Source: Gallionellaceae bacterium
GTDB lineage: Bacteria > Pseudomonadota > Gammaproteobacteria > Burkholderiales > Gallionellaceae
Direction: 5' to 3'
Length of the DNA: 64,000 nucleotides
NCBI GenBank assembly: GCA_036524005.1
Contig: DATDDB010000094.1
Coordinates: forward strand, 2,124 to 66,123
Under the pieces are notes generated by a model, which worked only from the letters and a program-made list of their open reading frames with translations, was not told the DNA's origin and searched no databases. The translations under genes and the position numbers were made by a program. Of this stretch, positions 34,109-44,713 are shown in pieces; positions within the stretch are counted from its first letter, which is position 1, and each line of letters starts with the position of its first letter.

Positions 34109-35478
34109 GCCATCTCCTTCTGCAATTTTTTGACCGCCGCCACGAAAACTTCGGCGCGGTGCTCATAATTGCGGAACATGTCGAAACTGGCGCAGGCAGG
34201 AGACAGCAGCACCGCATCGCCTGGCCGGGCCAGCGCAGCACTCTGCCGCACCGCATCTGCCATGTCTTTTGCGTACACCACGGTCTTGCCGCAGCCTTGC
34301 AGCGCGGCCTCGATGAGGCCAGCATCGCGCCCGATCAGCACCGCAGCGCGCGCATGCTCGGAGACCGACTGCCTGAGCGGGGAGAAATCCTGTCCCTTGC
34401 CCTCGCCGCCGAGTATCACCACTGCGGGCCTGCCCAGCCCGTTCAATGCCGCCTCGGTTGCGCCGACGTTGGTTCCCTTGGAATCGTCGAAGTATTCCAC
34501 GCCGCCGATTTCCGCAACCCTCTCCACGCGGTGCGGCAGGCCCTTGAAGGCGCGCAGTGCTGCGCACAAAGGTTCCAGCGGCAAATCGATGGCGCGGCAC
34601 AATGCCAATGCGGCGAGCGCATTCGCGATGTTGTGCAATCCGGCCACCTGCAATTCGTTGGCGTTGAGCACGCGCTTTTGCCCCTGCACCAGCCACAGGT
34701 CTGCGCCGTCGCGCGCAATGCTCCAATCGCCGTTCCGTTGCGGCTGCCTGATCCCGAACTTGACGCACGCGCTTCCGGCCTGGGTCATCGCGTTGCTGCG
34801 TTCATCGTCGCGGTTGAGCACACGCACGCCGCAGCCGATGAAAATGCGCGCCTTGGCGGCAGCGTAGGCTTCCATGTCCGGGTAGCGGTCGAGGTGATCC
34901 TCGGTGATGTTGAGCACCGTCGCCGCATCGGGGTGCAGTGACTGGGTGGTTTCCAGCTGGAAGCTGGAAAGTTCCAGCACCCACACCTGCGGCTGCTTGC
35001 CCTGGCGCCGCAGCCACACGTCCAGCACGGCCGGCGAGATATTCCCCGCCACTTCGGTATCCAGCCCGGCCGCGCGGCACATGGCGCCGACCATGCTGGT
35101 CACCGTGGTCTTGCCGTTGGCGCCAGTGATGGCGATGATTTTCGGGCGCCTGTGTTCCGGCAAGGCCAGTGCGAACAGTTCGATGTCGCCCGCCACCGGG
35201 ATGCCCTGCCCGATCGCGCGCTGCACCAGCGGGTCGTACAGGGGCACGCCCGGGCTGATGGCGATGAGCTCGATGCCCTGCAGCAAGGCATCCTTGAACG
35301 GCCCGCAATGCACTGAGGAAATGGGCACGAGCTGTGTCACCTGGTCCAGGCCGGGCGGCTTGCTGCGCGTATCCGCCACGCGCAGGCGCGCGCCCTGTGC
35401 GCTCAGCCAGCGCACCAGGGACAGCCCGGTTTCACCCAGGCCCAGCACCAGCACGGATTTTCCTTTCAGTTCCATCAT
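34105..35478 (-). CDS. murD: UDP-N-acetylmuramoylalanine--D-glutamate ligase
   Basis: 457 aa, [10 protein letters not shown] Rossmann motif, GANGKTT P-loop. Confidence 0.95.
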   Translation of the reverse strand: MMELKGKSVLVLGLGETGLSLVRWLSAQGARLRVADTRSKPPGLDQVTQLVPISSVHCGPFKDALLQGIELIAISPGVPLYDPLVQRAIGQGIPVAGDIELFALALPEHRRPKIIAITGANGKTTVTSMVGAMCRAAGLDTEVAGNISPAVLDVWLRRQGKQPQVWVLELSSFQLETTQSLHPDAATVLNITEDHLDRYPDMEAYAAAKARIFIGCGVRVLNRDDERSNAMTQAGSACVKFGIRQPQRNGDWSIARDGADLWLVQGQKRVLNANELQVAGLHNIANALAALALCRAIDLPLEPLCAALRAFKGLPHRVERVAEIGGVEYFDDSKGTNVGATEAALNGLGRPAVVILGGEGKGQDFSPLRQSVSEHARAAVLIGRDAGLIEAALQGCGKTVVYAKDMADAVRQSAALARPGDAVLLSPACASFDMFRNYEHRAEVFVAAVKKLQKEMA

Positions 35479-35497
35479 CTCAGCGTCGAAAGCCCCA

Positions 35498-36607
35498 TCA
35501 TCTCAATTTCAGCGTCGACAATCCCATCAACACCAGCAGCATCGTGATGATCCAGAATCTGACCACCACCTGCGTCTCTTTCCAGCCCTTCTGTTCGTAG
35601 TGGTGGTGCAACGGCGCCATCAGGAATATGCGCTTGCCCTCGCCGTATATTTTCTTGGTGTACTTGAAGTAGCTGACCTGCAGCATCACCGACACCGCCT
35701 CGACCACGAACACCCCGCCCATGATGAACAGCACCAGTTCCTGGCGCACGATCACCGCCACTACGCCCAGCGCCGCCCCCAGCGCCAGCGCGCCGACGTC
35801 GCCCATGAACACCTCGGCGGGATAGGCGTTGAACCACAGGAACGACAGGCCGGCTCCGGCAATCGCCGCACAGAATACCGCGAGCTCGCTTGCGCCCGGT
35901 ATGTGCGGAACGCCCAGGTATTTGGAGAACTCCACGTGGCCGGCGACATAGGCGAAGATCGCCAGCGCACTGGCCACCATCACGGTCGGCATGATGGCCA
36001 GGCCGTCCAGGCCGTCGGTGAGATTGACCGCATTGCTGCTGCCGACGATCACACAGTAGGTGAGCACGATGAAGCCGACCGCGCCCACCGGGATCGCCAC
36101 GGTCTTGAAGAACGGCACGATCAGGTCGGTATGCGCAGGGGAACTGGCGTTGTACAGCAGGAAAGCGGCCGCCGCCAATGCGATCAGCGATTGCCAGAAC
36201 ATCTTGGCCCCTGCCGACAGCCCTTTCGGGTTGCGATGCACCACCTTGCGGTAATCGTCCACCCAGCCGATGGCCCCGACACCGAGCGTGGTGAGCAGAA
36301 CCACCCAGATGTACGAATTGTGCAGGTCGCCCCACAGCAAAGTCGTCACCGCCACGGATGCCAGGATCAGTGCGCCGCCCATGGTCGGCGTGCCGGACTT
36401 CACCAGGTGGGTCTGCGGACCATCGGTGCGCACCGCCTGGCCGATTTTCATCGCGGTCAGCCTGCGGATCATCGCCGGCCCGACGATGAAACCGAAGAAC
36501 AGCGCGGTCATCGCCGCCAGCACGGCGCGCAGCGTGATGTAATTGAACACGTTGAACGTGCGTATGTCAGTGGCCGTTGCCAGCCACTGCGCTAGTGAGA
36601 GCAGCAT
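35498..36607 (-). CDS. mraY: Phospho-N-acetylmuramoyl-pentapeptide transferase
   Basis: 369 aa, polytopic, N-terminus MLLSLAQWL...[12 protein letters not shown] as in MraY. Confidence 0.95.
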   Translation of the reverse strand: MLLSLAQWLATATDIRTFNVFNYITLRAVLAAMTALFFGFIVGPAMIRRLTAMKIGQAVRTDGPQTHLVKSGTPTMGGALILASVAVTTLLWGDLHNSYIWVVLLTTLGVGAIGWVDDYRKVVHRNPKGLSAGAKMFWQSLIALAAAAFLLYNASSPAHTDLIVPFFKTVAIPVGAVGFIVLTYCVIVGSSNAVNLTDGLDGLAIMPTVMVASALAIFAYVAGHVEFSKYLGVPHIPGASELAVFCAAIAGAGLSFLWFNAYPAEVFMGDVGALALGAALGVVAVIVRQELVLFIMGGVFVVEAVSVMLQVSYFKYTKKIYGEGKRIFLMAPLHHHYEQKGWKETQVVVRFWIITMLLVLMGLSTLKLR

Positions 36608-37968
36608 GTTTCTTCCCCTTCAATGCATCTGGCAACCACCCGCTCCATTTTCATGAAGCGCGACCCCTTGACCAGCACGGTAGTGCCTGCGGCCAGCTCG
36701 CCATCCAGCACCGCGCACAAACTTTCCACATCCGCAAAATGCTGCGCCCCCGCGCCGAACTCGCGCACCGCCTCGCGGCTCAGCTCACCCAGCGCCAGCA
36801 GGCGCTGGATGCCCGCATGCCGCGCGACCGCGCCGATCTCCGCATGGAAGCGCGGCGCATTCTCTCCCAGCTCGCCCATGTCGCCCATCACGAAAATGCG
36901 TTTTCCGGATGCCTGCGCCAGCACCTCCAGCGCTGCGCGCATGGAGGCCGGGTTGGCGTTGTAGGTGTCGTCTATCAGAGCGGCGCCGTTTCTGGCAGCC
37001 TTGCGCTGCAGACGTCCGGCCACGCCGCCGAACTTTTCCAGGCCGAGGGCAATTTTTTCCAGCGGGACCCCGAGCGCCACAGCCGCGGCCGTGGCCGCTA
37101 GCGCATTGCGCGCATTGTGCACGCCCGGCACTTGCAGACTGGCGGCAAATTCGCCCTGCGGTGTGAGCACGGAAAGCCGCGCGCCAGCCCCCTCGGCCTG
37201 CCATTTGCCCAGCACCGCGGGAAATCCCTTGAGCCCGAACTCGATTTCGGCGCGCCCCTCGGCCATCCTGCGCCACAGCGGCGCATATTCGTCATCCGCG
37301 TTGATCACTGCCGTGCCACCCGGCTTGAGTCCGGCGAAGATTTCCCCCTTGGCACGGGCCACGCCTTCCACCGAGCCCAGCCCGGCCAGGTGCGCGCCGG
37401 AAGCATTGGTGATGATGGCCACGTCCGGATCCGCCAGGCGCGAGAGATACTCGATTTCGCCAGGATGGTTCATGCCCATCTCGATCACCGCAAAGCGATG
37501 TCCCACATGCAGCCTGAGCAGTGTCAGCGGCAAGCCGATGTCGTTGTTCAGGTTGCCCTGGGTGGCCAGCACGCTTTCCGCGCCGCCCGTCACTTCGCAC
37601 AGGATGGAGGCCAGCATTTCCTTGACCGTGGTCTTGCCGTTGCTGCCGGTCAGCCCCACCAGGGGGATTTCGAACTGCGCGCGCCAGTGCGCGGCGAGCC
37701 GCCCCAGCGCGAGACGCGTGTCCGCCACCAGCAGCACCGGGCAGGGTGCACTCCCGACCCAGCCGTCCGCGTTGACCATGGCGGCAACTGCGCCATCGCG
37801 CACGGCATTCGCCACGAAACCTGCGCCGTCGAAATTTTCGCCGCGCAGGGCGATGAACAAGTTGCCTGCTTCGATCTTGCGGCTGTCGGTGGAAACCGAG
37901 GTGAAGCGCACGTCCCCGCCCACCATCTTTGCGCCCAGGATTTGCGCGGCTTCGGATAGCAGCATCAT
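36592..37968 (-). CDS. murF: UDP-N-acetylmuramoyl-tripeptide--D-alanyl-D-alanine ligase
   Basis: Start at [12 protein letters not shown], forming an ATGA overlap with the murE stop. GSNGKTT P-loop. The track extension is rejected. Confidence 0.94.
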   Translation of the reverse strand: MMLLSEAAQILGAKMVGGDVRFTSVSTDSRKIEAGNLFIALRGENFDGAGFVANAVRDGAVAAMVNADGWVGSAPCPVLLVADTRLALGRLAAHWRAQFEIPLVGLTGSNGKTTVKEMLASILCEVTGGAESVLATQGNLNNDIGLPLTLLRLHVGHRFAVIEMGMNHPGEIEYLSRLADPDVAIITNASGAHLAGLGSVEGVARAKGEIFAGLKPGGTAVINADDEYAPLWRRMAEGRAEIEFGLKGFPAVLGKWQAEGAGARLSVLTPQGEFAASLQVPGVHNARNALAATAAAVALGVPLEKIALGLEKFGGVAGRLQRKAARNGAALIDDTYNANPASMRAALEVLAQASGKRIFVMGDMGELGENAPRFHAEIGAVARHAGIQRLLALGELSREAVREFGAGAQHFADVESLCAVLDGELAAGTTVLVKGSRFMKMERVVARCIEGEETCCSH

Positions 37969-39449
37969 GCCTGCGCCCTCCACGCTGCCAGCGCCCGCTG
38001 CGCCACTTCCAGGTCGCTGAACGGGTGTTTCACGCCACATATCTCCTGATAGTCTTCATGCCCCTTGCCGGCGAGCAGCACGGTGTCCGCCGCTTGCGCC
38101 TCGCGGATGGCGACCCCAATCGCTGCGGCGCGGTCTTCGATGATGCGGAGGGGACTCCCGGTCATGCCGGAAACGATCGCGGCAATGATCTCTGCCGGGT
38201 CTTCGCTGCGCGGATTGTCATTGGTGACGATGCACACATCCGCCAGCTTCGCCGCCACCTGCCCCATCATCGGGCGCTTGCCGCGGTCGCGGTCTCCGCC
38301 GCAGCCGAACACGCACACCAGCCGGCCAGCCCCCTTCGCCTCGCGTAGCGATTGCAGCACTTTCTGAAGCGCATCCGGCGTGTGCGCGTAGTCAATCACC
38401 ACTGCGGGACGGTTGCCGCCGCCCAGCGCCTGCATGCGCCCCGGCGCGGCTTGCACCCGCGCCAATGCTGCCACGGCATCGGCCAATTCGACCCCGCTCA
38501 CCAGCAGCACCGCCAGCGCGCCCAGCAGGTTGGAAGCATTGAAGCGTCCCACCAGCCTGCTTTCCAGGCGTGCTGCCCCCCAGCTGGTGTGCAGCTGCAG
38601 GTCCAGCCCGGACTGGGTCATTTTCAGATCGCCGCAGTACACCATGCGCATGCCATTCTGCTCCGCATGCATCAGGGCGGCCTCGTTCAGCCCGTAGCCG
38701 GTGATTTCCACGCCGCTAGCCTGCAGCTTTCCGGCGAGGTCGAATCCGAATTCATCATCCAGGTTCAGCACGGCATGTTTCAGCTGCGGCCAGTCGAACA
38801 GGCGGCGCTTGGCGGCGGCATAATTGTCCATGTCACCGTGATAGTCGAGATGATCGCGGCTCAGGTTGGTCAGCAGCGCCACGTCGTATTTCACCCCGTT
38901 GACCCTGCCCTGCGCCAGCGCATGGGAGGAAACCTCCATCACCGCGCCTTGCGCACCCTGCTGCACATATTCCGCGAGCAGGCCGTGAAGGCGGATCGCA
39001 TCGGGCGTGGTGTTCAGGGTGGGCTGCAGCGCGCCAAAGAAGCCATTGCCCAAGGTGCCGAGCAAGGCGGTCTTTTTTCCCAGCGCGCCGAACGACTGCG
39101 CCAGCCAGTGGCTGCAGGACGTCTTGCCGTTGGTGCCGGTGACGCCGACCATCCACAATTTTTTCGACGGGGCGCCATATATATAGTCTGCAATCTCCCC
39201 GGCGTGGTGGCGCAAATCGTGCACCGCCAGATTGGGAACCTGCCAGCCCGCGTTCCAGGAAAATTTCTCGGCTTCCCAGATCACCGCGTTTGCCCCATTG
39301 GCGATGGCCTGGGCAATGAACTGGCGCCCGTCGGCCGCAGCGCCGGGATAGGCGACAAATGTGTCGCCGGTCTCCACCTCGCGGCTGTCGGTGACCAGGC
39401 GCAGGATTTTCACCCCGAGCGAGTCGAGCAATCCGGTGTGAAAGCTCAT
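37965..39449 (-). CDS. murE: UDP-N-acetylmuramoyl-L-alanyl-D-glutamate--2,6-diaminopimelate ligase
   Basis: 494 aa, GTNGKTS P-loop, and a DNPR motif (VTNDNPRSEDP) consistent with meso-DAP specificity. Confidence 0.95.
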   Translation of the reverse strand: MSFHTGLLDSLGVKILRLVTDSREVETGDTFVAYPGAAADGRQFIAQAIANGANAVIWEAEKFSWNAGWQVPNLAVHDLRHHAGEIADYIYGAPSKKLWMVGVTGTNGKTSCSHWLAQSFGALGKKTALLGTLGNGFFGALQPTLNTTPDAIRLHGLLAEYVQQGAQGAVMEVSSHALAQGRVNGVKYDVALLTNLSRDHLDYHGDMDNYAAAKRRLFDWPQLKHAVLNLDDEFGFDLAGKLQASGVEITGYGLNEAALMHAEQNGMRMVYCGDLKMTQSGLDLQLHTSWGAARLESRLVGRFNASNLLGALAVLLVSGVELADAVAALARVQAAPGRMQALGGGNRPAVVIDYAHTPDALQKVLQSLREAKGAGRLVCVFGCGGDRDRGKRPMMGQVAAKLADVCIVTNDNPRSEDPAEIIAAIVSGMTGSPLRIIEDRAAAIGVAIREAQAADTVLLAGKGHEDYQEICGVKHPFSDLEVAQRALAAWRAQA

Positions 39450-41176
39450 GTTTCCTCCCGGACGATTTCGCCCGAAGGCTTGGCGACATTATCCAGCGGC
39501 GCATCGTTGGGCACATTGAACATGTGCAGCGCCGCGCCCATTACCGTGCTGAACACGGGCGCCGCAATCTGGCCGCCGTAGTACTGCCCGTCCTGCGGGT
39601 CGTCTATTTTCACGGCAATGATCAATCGCGGGCTGGATGCCGGAGCCAGGCCGACAAACGAGGAGACATAATGATCAACGTAGCGCCCATGATCGAGCTT
39701 GTGCGCGGTGCCGGTCTTGCCCGCGACGCGGTAGCCGCTCACCTGTGCCAGCGGAGCAGTGCCGCCCGGCTGCACTACCAGCTCCATCATGCTGCGCACC
39801 GCGCGCGCCGTGTTTGCCGTGTAGATGCGTTTGCCGCCGGGCGGCGCATCCAGCTTCAGCAACGACACGGGCAACAGCTCGCCGTCGTTGGCGAACACGG
39901 TGTAGGCGCGCGCCAGCTGCAGCAGGTTCACCGAAATGCCGTTGCCGTAGGACATGGTGGCCTGCTCGATCGGACGCCAGGTCTTGTAATCGCGCAGCCT
40001 GCCGGGCGCCTCGCCGGGGAAACCGCAGCCGGTCGTTTCGCCGAACCCGCTTTCATTGAGGTTGCGCCAGAAGATTTCCGGTGCCAGCGAGAGCGCCATT
40101 TTGGCAGCGCCCACATTGCTCGATTTCTGGATCACTTGCGCCACGGTCAGCCGTGCATCCGGGTGGCTGTCGTGTATGGTGTAGTCGCCTATGGTGAGCG
40201 CGCCCCCCGACGTATTGATGACGGTTTCCGGCTTGACCTTGCCCGCCTCCAGCGCCGCTGCCACGGTGAACGGCTTCATGGTGGAGCCGGGCTCGAACTG
40301 GTCGATCACCGCGCTGTTGCGCAGCAATTCCGCCGCGGGCTTGCCGCGGTTGTTGGGGTTGAAGCTTGGCCAGTTGCCCAGCGCCAGCACTTCGCCGGTT
40401 TTCGCATCCAGCACCACGATGGAGCCGGATTTCGCGTGATGCTGCTCGACCGCCAGCTTGATTTCACGATAGGCCAGGGTCTGCAGCTTCTTGTCTATGC
40501 TCAGCACCACGTCGCTGCCCGGCTTGGGCAGACGCAGGCTGGCCACGCGCTCGACCACCCTGCCGCGATTGTCCTTGATCACGCGCTGGCTGCCATTCTC
40601 GCCGCCCACCTGCTGCTGCAGGGCGAGCTCCATGCCCTCCCGGCCGTTGTCATCCACATCGGTGAATCCCAGCAGCTGCGCCGACACCTCGCCATCCGGG
40701 TAATAGCGGCGATACTCGCGCTGCAGCGCCACACCCGGAATGCCCAGCTTCATCACTTTCTCCGCCTGGTCGGGCGGCAACTGGCGCTTGAGATAGACGA
40801 ATTCGCGCTCCGTATCGGACAGGCGGGCAGCCACTTCATTGGCGCTCATGCTCAGGGCCTGCGCCAGGCTCCTGATCTGCCGTGGAGTCGCCTCGGTTTT
40901 TTGCGGGCTGGCCCAGACCGATTCCACCGGCGTGCTGATGGCCAGCGGCTCGCCGTTTCTGTCGCTGATGGTCCCGCGATGCGCGACGACCCCCAGGGTG
41001 CGGACAAAACGCTCATCACCCTTCTGCTGCAGGAAGGTGTTATGAATGCACTGGAGATACACGCCATACGCAAACAGCAGGAACAGCCCGAAAAGCAGCA
41101 TGAGGTAGAGCAGCCTGGACCGCCAAGGCGGCAAGGCAGTGACCCCAATGGATTGTGCGCTGCTGGTGTAGTTCAT
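39446..41176 (-). CDS. ftsI: Peptidoglycan D,D-transpeptidase FtsI (PBP3)
   Basis: 576 aa with STMK (GSTMKPF), SSN (KSSNVG) and KTGT motifs. Confidence 0.95.
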   Translation of the reverse strand: MNYTSSAQSIGVTALPPWRSRLLYLMLLFGLFLLFAYGVYLQCIHNTFLQQKGDERFVRTLGVVAHRGTISDRNGEPLAISTPVESVWASPQKTEATPRQIRSLAQALSMSANEVAARLSDTEREFVYLKRQLPPDQAEKVMKLGIPGVALQREYRRYYPDGEVSAQLLGFTDVDDNGREGMELALQQQVGGENGSQRVIKDNRGRVVERVASLRLPKPGSDVVLSIDKKLQTLAYREIKLAVEQHHAKSGSIVVLDAKTGEVLALGNWPSFNPNNRGKPAAELLRNSAVIDQFEPGSTMKPFTVAAALEAGKVKPETVINTSGGALTIGDYTIHDSHPDARLTVAQVIQKSSNVGAAKMALSLAPEIFWRNLNESGFGETTGCGFPGEAPGRLRDYKTWRPIEQATMSYGNGISVNLLQLARAYTVFANDGELLPVSLLKLDAPPGGKRIYTANTARAVRSMMELVVQPGGTAPLAQVSGYRVAGKTGTAHKLDHGRYVDHYVSSFVGLAPASSPRLIIAVKIDDPQDGQYYGGQIAAPVFSTVMGAALHMFNVPNDAPLDNVAKPSGEIVREET

Positions 41177-41463
41177 GGCCGCGATAGCGCTCCCTCCGGC
41201 TGCACGATACGGATATGGCGCACCTGCCCGCTGTCCGGCTGTTGCATCTGCAATTTCTGCATGGCAACTTTTTCCACCCTTACCGGGGCGGCCCAGGTGC
41301 TTTGCTCAAGCTGCAACTGTCCCCATTCCACGTCCATTTCCTGCGCCCGTTCTTTTTCCTGCTGCAATTCCACAAACAATTTGCGCGCCTTGTGCTGTGA
41401 AGTCACCACACCCAGCGCGCAAGCGATCACCGCCAGCAACAGCATCAGACTCAGCCTAGCCAC
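41173..41463 (-). CDS. ftsL: Cell division protein FtsL
   Basis: 96 aa, single TM helix plus coiled coil, ATGA overlap with ftsI. Confidence 0.85.
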   Translation of the reverse strand: MARLSLMLLLAVIACALGVVTSQHKARKLFVELQQEKERAQEMDVEWGQLQLEQSTWAAPVRVEKVAMQKLQMQQPDSGQVRHIRIVQPEGALSRP

Positions 41464-42403
41464 CCGCTCGCTCCGCCACCCGCATCACCGCGCTGCGCGC
41501 GCGCGGATTGGCTGCCACCTCCGCGCCGGATGCGCGCACTGCGCGCCCGACCAGGCGCACCTTGCCCTGCGGCACCTCGGCCTGGCGCACTGGCAGATTG
41601 CGCGGCAGCTTGTCGCCCTGCGCCATGTCGCGCATGAAGCGCTTGACCATGCGATCCTCCAGCGAGTGAAAACTGATCACCACCAGCCTGCCTTCCGCAT
41701 TCAGGCGATCCACGCATTGCGGGAGGACATGCGCGAGTTCGTCAAGCTCCTGGTTGAGATAAATCCGTATAGCCTGAAACGTTCGCGTCGCCGGATTTTG
41801 CCCAGGCTCGCGCGTGCGGACTGCCCGGGCGACGAGCTGACTGAGTTGCTGCGTGGTGGCAATGGGTAGCTCCTTGCGCGCAGCAACAAGCGCTCTTGCA
41901 ATCTGTTTAGCAAACCGTTCCTCGCCATAATCGCGTATTACCTCCCCGAGTAATTCTTCGTCCACCGTCGCCAGCCACTCAGCCGCCGTCACTCCGCTGC
42001 TGGTATCCATGCGCATATCCAGGGGCGCATCGAAACGGAAACTGAAACCGCGCGCCTCATCGTCCAGCTGCGGCGACGACACCCCCAGGTCCAGCAGCAC
42101 ACCATCCACTTTCCCGATCGCCAGCATGTCCAGCACCTCCGCCAGGCGCGCAAACCCGGCATGCACCGCCCTGAAGCGAACATCATGGATCTCGCTCGCC
42201 ACCGCTATCGCCGCCGGATCCTTGTCCAGCGCCACCAGGCGTCCGGCCGGCCCCAGCCGCTCCAGGATCAGGCGGCTATGTCCGCCGCGCCCGAATGTGC
42301 CGTCCACATAAATACCGTCCGGCTTCACCCGCAATGCTTCCACTGCTTCGTGCAACAACACCGTGGCGTGTGATAGCTCACTACCCCCAGCACCCCGGCT
42401 CAC
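41456..42403 (-). CDS. rsmH: 16S rRNA (cytosine1402-N4)-methyltransferase
   Basis: [12 protein letters not shown] motif. I propose the GTG at 42403, which forms a GTGA overlap with the mraZ stop (315 aa). The track start would overlap mraZ by 94 nt. Confidence 0.9.
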   Translation of the reverse strand: MSRGAGGSELSHATVLLHEAVEALRVKPDGIYVDGTFGRGGHSRLILERLGPAGRLVALDKDPAAIAVASEIHDVRFRAVHAGFARLAEVLDMLAIGKVDGVLLDLGVSSPQLDDEARGFSFRFDAPLDMRMDTSSGVTAAEWLATVDEELLGEVIRDYGEERFAKQIARALVAARKELPIATTQQLSQLVARAVRTREPGQNPATRTFQAIRIYLNQELDELAHVLPQCVDRLNAEGRLVVISFHSLEDRMVKRFMRDMAQGDKLPRNLPVRQAEVPQGKVRLVGRAVRASGAEVAANPRARSAVMRVAERAGG

Positions 42404-42846
42404 AACGTGAACCCCTCCAGCTCGGGCGGCAGGTCGCCGTCGGTAAAGCCCACCATCTTCTCGTGCTGCGCCTGCCAGCGCGCCTCGTCCCACACTTCGA
42501 ACTTGTTACCCTGGCCGACCAGCATCACGCGCTTGTCCAGCGCCGCAAAACCGCGCAGGGTGGGCGAGACCAGCACCCGGCCGGTGGCGTCCATCGCCAC
42601 ATCTTCGGCATGGCCCACCAGGAATCGCTGCAAGGAACGGATGCGGGGGTTGAAGGCGGAAAGCTGCATCAGCTTCTCGCGGATGGGCTGCCATTCCGGC
42701 TGAGGATAGAGCAACAGGCAGCCGTCGGCATCGGCCGTCATCACCAGTTGGCCGGAGCAATGAGCCTGCAGCATGTCGCGGTACCGGGCCGGTATCGCGA
42801 GCCTGCTCTTGCTGTCCAAACTGAGTTGTGTCGCTCCCTGAAACAC
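42400..42846 (-). CDS. mraZ: Transcriptional regulator MraZ
   Basis: 148 aa from the GTG at 42846 ([19 protein letters not shown]), preceded by AGGAGA 6 nt upstream. Two DxxxR-type SpoVT/AbrB repeats ([19 protein letters not shown]). Confidence 0.92.
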   Translation of the reverse strand: MFQGATQLSLDSKSRLAIPARYRDMLQAHCSGQLVMTADADGCLLLYPQPEWQPIREKLMQLSAFNPRIRSLQRFLVGHAEDVAMDATGRVLVSPTLRGFAALDKRVMLVGQGNKFEVWDEARWQAQHEKMVGFTDGDLPPELEGFTL

Positions 42847-42868
42847 CCATGCTCTCCTGTGCGCAAAA

Positions 42869-42894
42869 CCCCACCAAAACCCACTTTTTACCAC
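42869..42894 (-). promoter_or_regulatory. MraZ operator: three GTGG(G/T) direct repeats at 10-nt spacing
   Basis: Minus strand reads GTGGTaaaaaGTGGGttttgGTGGGg, located between the predicted -10 element and the mraZ Shine-Dalgarno sequence. Confidence 0.7.
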
Positions 42895-42902
42895 TATGCT
42901 GC

Positions 42903-42931
42903 ACTATATTTAAAAATACTGGCTCGGTCAA
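42903..42931 (-). promoter_or_regulatory. Sigma70-type promoter of the dcw cluster (Pmra)
   Basis: Minus strand reads TTGACC, then 17 nt, then TATAGT. The -35 element is at 42926-42931 and the -10 element at 42903-42908. Confidence 0.7.
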
Positions 42932-43018
42932 GGGGTAAAAGCAATTTTTTCTTTACGCGACAAGTAGTTAGCTGCAAAAGTTAAAGCTGTGTGAATTTAT
43001 AGAATAAAGAATGAGTTG

Positions 43019-43043
43019 CAGAAACAACCTGAAGTTGTTTCTG
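43019..43043 (-). terminator. Candidate terminator downstream of rnpB
   Basis: Perfect 10-bp stem cagaaacaac/gttgtttctg with a 5-nt loop, followed on the minus strand by the T-rich caactcattctttattct. Confidence 0.45.
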
Positions 43044-43130
43044 AAGGTGGGCTAAAAAATCAGTGGGATATAGCGAACGTGCGTACTGTTCAGGTGGAGC
43101 ATTCCGAGCCACCTGCTACTCGATTAACAA

Positions 43131-43485
43131 AGTGAAGCCAGCCGGTAAGCCGGGTTCTGTCGTGGACAGTCATTCCTCTAGGCGTTTCGTTACCTGACGC
43201 TCAAGCAACCTACCCGCAGGCGGCGCGAGCCACGCCATCGCCTGCCTATTTGGTCTTGCTCCGGATGGGGTTTACCCTGCCACCCGTGTTGCCACGGGCG
43301 CGGTGAGCTCTTACCTCGCCATTTCAACCTTGCCTGTGCCGCTTGCGCGGCCATCGGCGGTGTATTTTCTGTGGCACTTTCCATCGCCTCACGGCGTCCG
43401 GCCGTTAACCGGCATCCCGCTCTCTGGAGCCCGGACTTTCCTCCCCGCACCTGCTGCTGTGCGCGGCGACTGTCTGGCCAGCTTC
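43131..43485 (-). ncRNA. rnpB: RNase P RNA, bacterial type A
   Basis: The reverse complement starts GAAGCTGGCCAGACAGTCGCC. It contains the universally conserved P4 strands GAGGAAAGTCCGGGCTCC and ACAGAACCCGGCTTA, plus GGTAAGAGC and AGCAAGACCAAATAGG blocks collinear with E. coli M1 RNA. TAAAAT sits 7 nt upstream of the 5' end. Ends are accurate to about 5 nt. Confidence 0.93.
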
Positions 43486-43538
43486 AGTTGAGATTTTAAC
43501 ACGCAAAGAGGAAAGTCACGTCGCCCACCCTGCTCAGC

Positions 43539-44207
43539 TCAATGCCGCTGGAACTGCGGATTCCGGTTACGGATGGCAGCCGCCCAGACCGGATCGGGCG
43601 GCGCGCCTGGAAAGCTGAGTCCGTTCACGGTGAGGCCGCAACTGGAAGCATAGACGACATTCTGCGCCGCGCTGAGTGCAACCACGCGGCGAACCACGTC
43701 AGTCCAGTCGAGAAAGCGGCCCTTTTTGCGCTCAGCCACGATCTGCGCGGCAACATCCGGGGTGATGCTGATGACCGTGGCGAGCTCGGCTTCACTTGCG
43801 CTGTTGATCTCGACCGGGTGGATTTCGATTCGGTCGGGCGGTGCGGGCGGCGGCAGGGCCTGTGCCCTTTCGGCGGCGGCAAGCCTTTCCGCCTCTATCG
43901 CTTCGGCCCGCTTGCGCAGGCGCTCGGCCTCGGCGCGGGCCATGGCTTCGGGCGTATGCTCGGCATCCCACTTGACCTTCTGTTCGTACCCGATCTTGGT
44001 AATGCAATCGTGCACCTGGTCAACCGCGTAGCCATCTTCCACGGCTTTCATGCGCGCCTCAACCGTGCCCAGCGGCAGGCCATGACAAATGGACTGGTAG
44101 GCAGGAGAATTCGGGTCGTGATCCGGGTCAGCCTCATGGCAGCCTGCCGCCAGCAAGGCAGTGGCAAGCATCGTCGCCAGAACCCGCTTATTCAAAAGGT
44201 TGGACAT
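43539..44207 (-). CDS. Lipoprotein with C-terminal ComEA-like helix-hairpin-helix domain
   Basis: 222 aa, lipobox LLAAGC, a charged Ala/Glu/Arg-rich linker, then INSASEAELATV...ITPDVAAQIVAERKKGRF resembling ComEA/HhH DNA-binding modules. Confidence 0.65.
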   Translation of the reverse strand: MSNLLNKRVLATMLATALLAAGCHEADPDHDPNSPAYQSICHGLPLGTVEARMKAVEDGYAVDQVHDCITKIGYEQKVKWDAEHTPEAMARAEAERLRKRAEAIEAERLAAAERAQALPPPAPPDRIEIHPVEINSASEAELATVISITPDVAAQIVAERKKGRFLDWTDVVRRVVALSAAQNVVYASSCGLTVNGLSFPGAPPDPVWAAAIRNRNPQFQRH

Positions 44208-44219
44208 GGCGCCGGCATG

Positions 44220-44444
44220 CTACTCCTTCTTGAGCTTATCCTGCAGCGCTTCCCCGGTTCTTTCCAGCGCCTTGCCGCCCTGCTCCAGGGTTTGTCCGCT
44301 CAGGCGCTTGATCCGGTCGGCCAGCGACTCATGCTCGAAAGGATTCGACAACAGCGGTTTGTCGCGCCCGTAATTGAAGCCCAGCCCGAAGCCGATGGCC
44401 AGGCCGATTGCAATGCTGATCAGGACTGTCTTGGATTGCTTCAT
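44220..44444 (-). CDS. Small membrane-anchored protein (YtxH-like, hypothetical)
   Basis: 74 aa with an N-terminal TM helix and a C-terminal amphipathic helix. Lies 12 nt upstream of the ComEA-like gene. Confidence 0.5.
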   Translation of the reverse strand: MKQSKTVLISIAIGLAIGFGLGFNYGRDKPLLSNPFEHESLADRIKRLSGQTLEQGGKALERTGEALQDKLKKE

Positions 44445-44528
44445 TTTGCGTCTCCCATTGAGTGCCGATTGGTGGTAAAAAGGCCTATCCCATTACAAAG
44501 CATGGCGACAGAAATCGTAGCGAGCGAG

Positions 44529-44682
44529 CCGGTAGCGGGGGCGCCCGGAGCGCAGGTACCGGAGTGTACACGCAGTCTGCCGCTTCCCGGCCCCGGATAC
44601 CGGCACCGCGCTGCGTGTGTTGTTGGGGCTTTAGCCCCATACAACCACGGCGCACCCCTTGCGGGTGCAACCCCGCTACCGG
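44529..44682 (-). repeat. REP-like mosaic element (copy A) bounded by a 12-bp inverted repeat
   Basis: ccggtagcgggg (44529-44540) and ccccgctaccgg (44671-44682) are perfect inverted repeats. The 62-nt core at 44613-44674 is the reverse complement of 55343-55404 (60 of 62 identical). Confidence 0.8.
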
Positions 44683-44713
44683 CTTGCGCAGTAGATTTAT
44701 GCGCCATGCGCCC

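Noticed and set aside
39524-41869. 781-aa plus-strand ORF antisense to ftsI, ftsL and rsmH. The same pattern recurs in 44462-46705, 9771-11183, 11201-12841, 28432-29946, 34904-36595 and 49702-51183.
   Set aside because: All of these are antisense or out of frame to genes with strong family signatures. They have low-complexity composition, no motifs and no Shine-Dalgarno context.
43091-43115. 7-bp hairpin caggtgg/ccacctg just downstream of rnpB
   Set aside because: Short stem, 11-nt loop and no U tract. The stronger 10-bp hairpin at 43019-43043 is the better terminator candidate.
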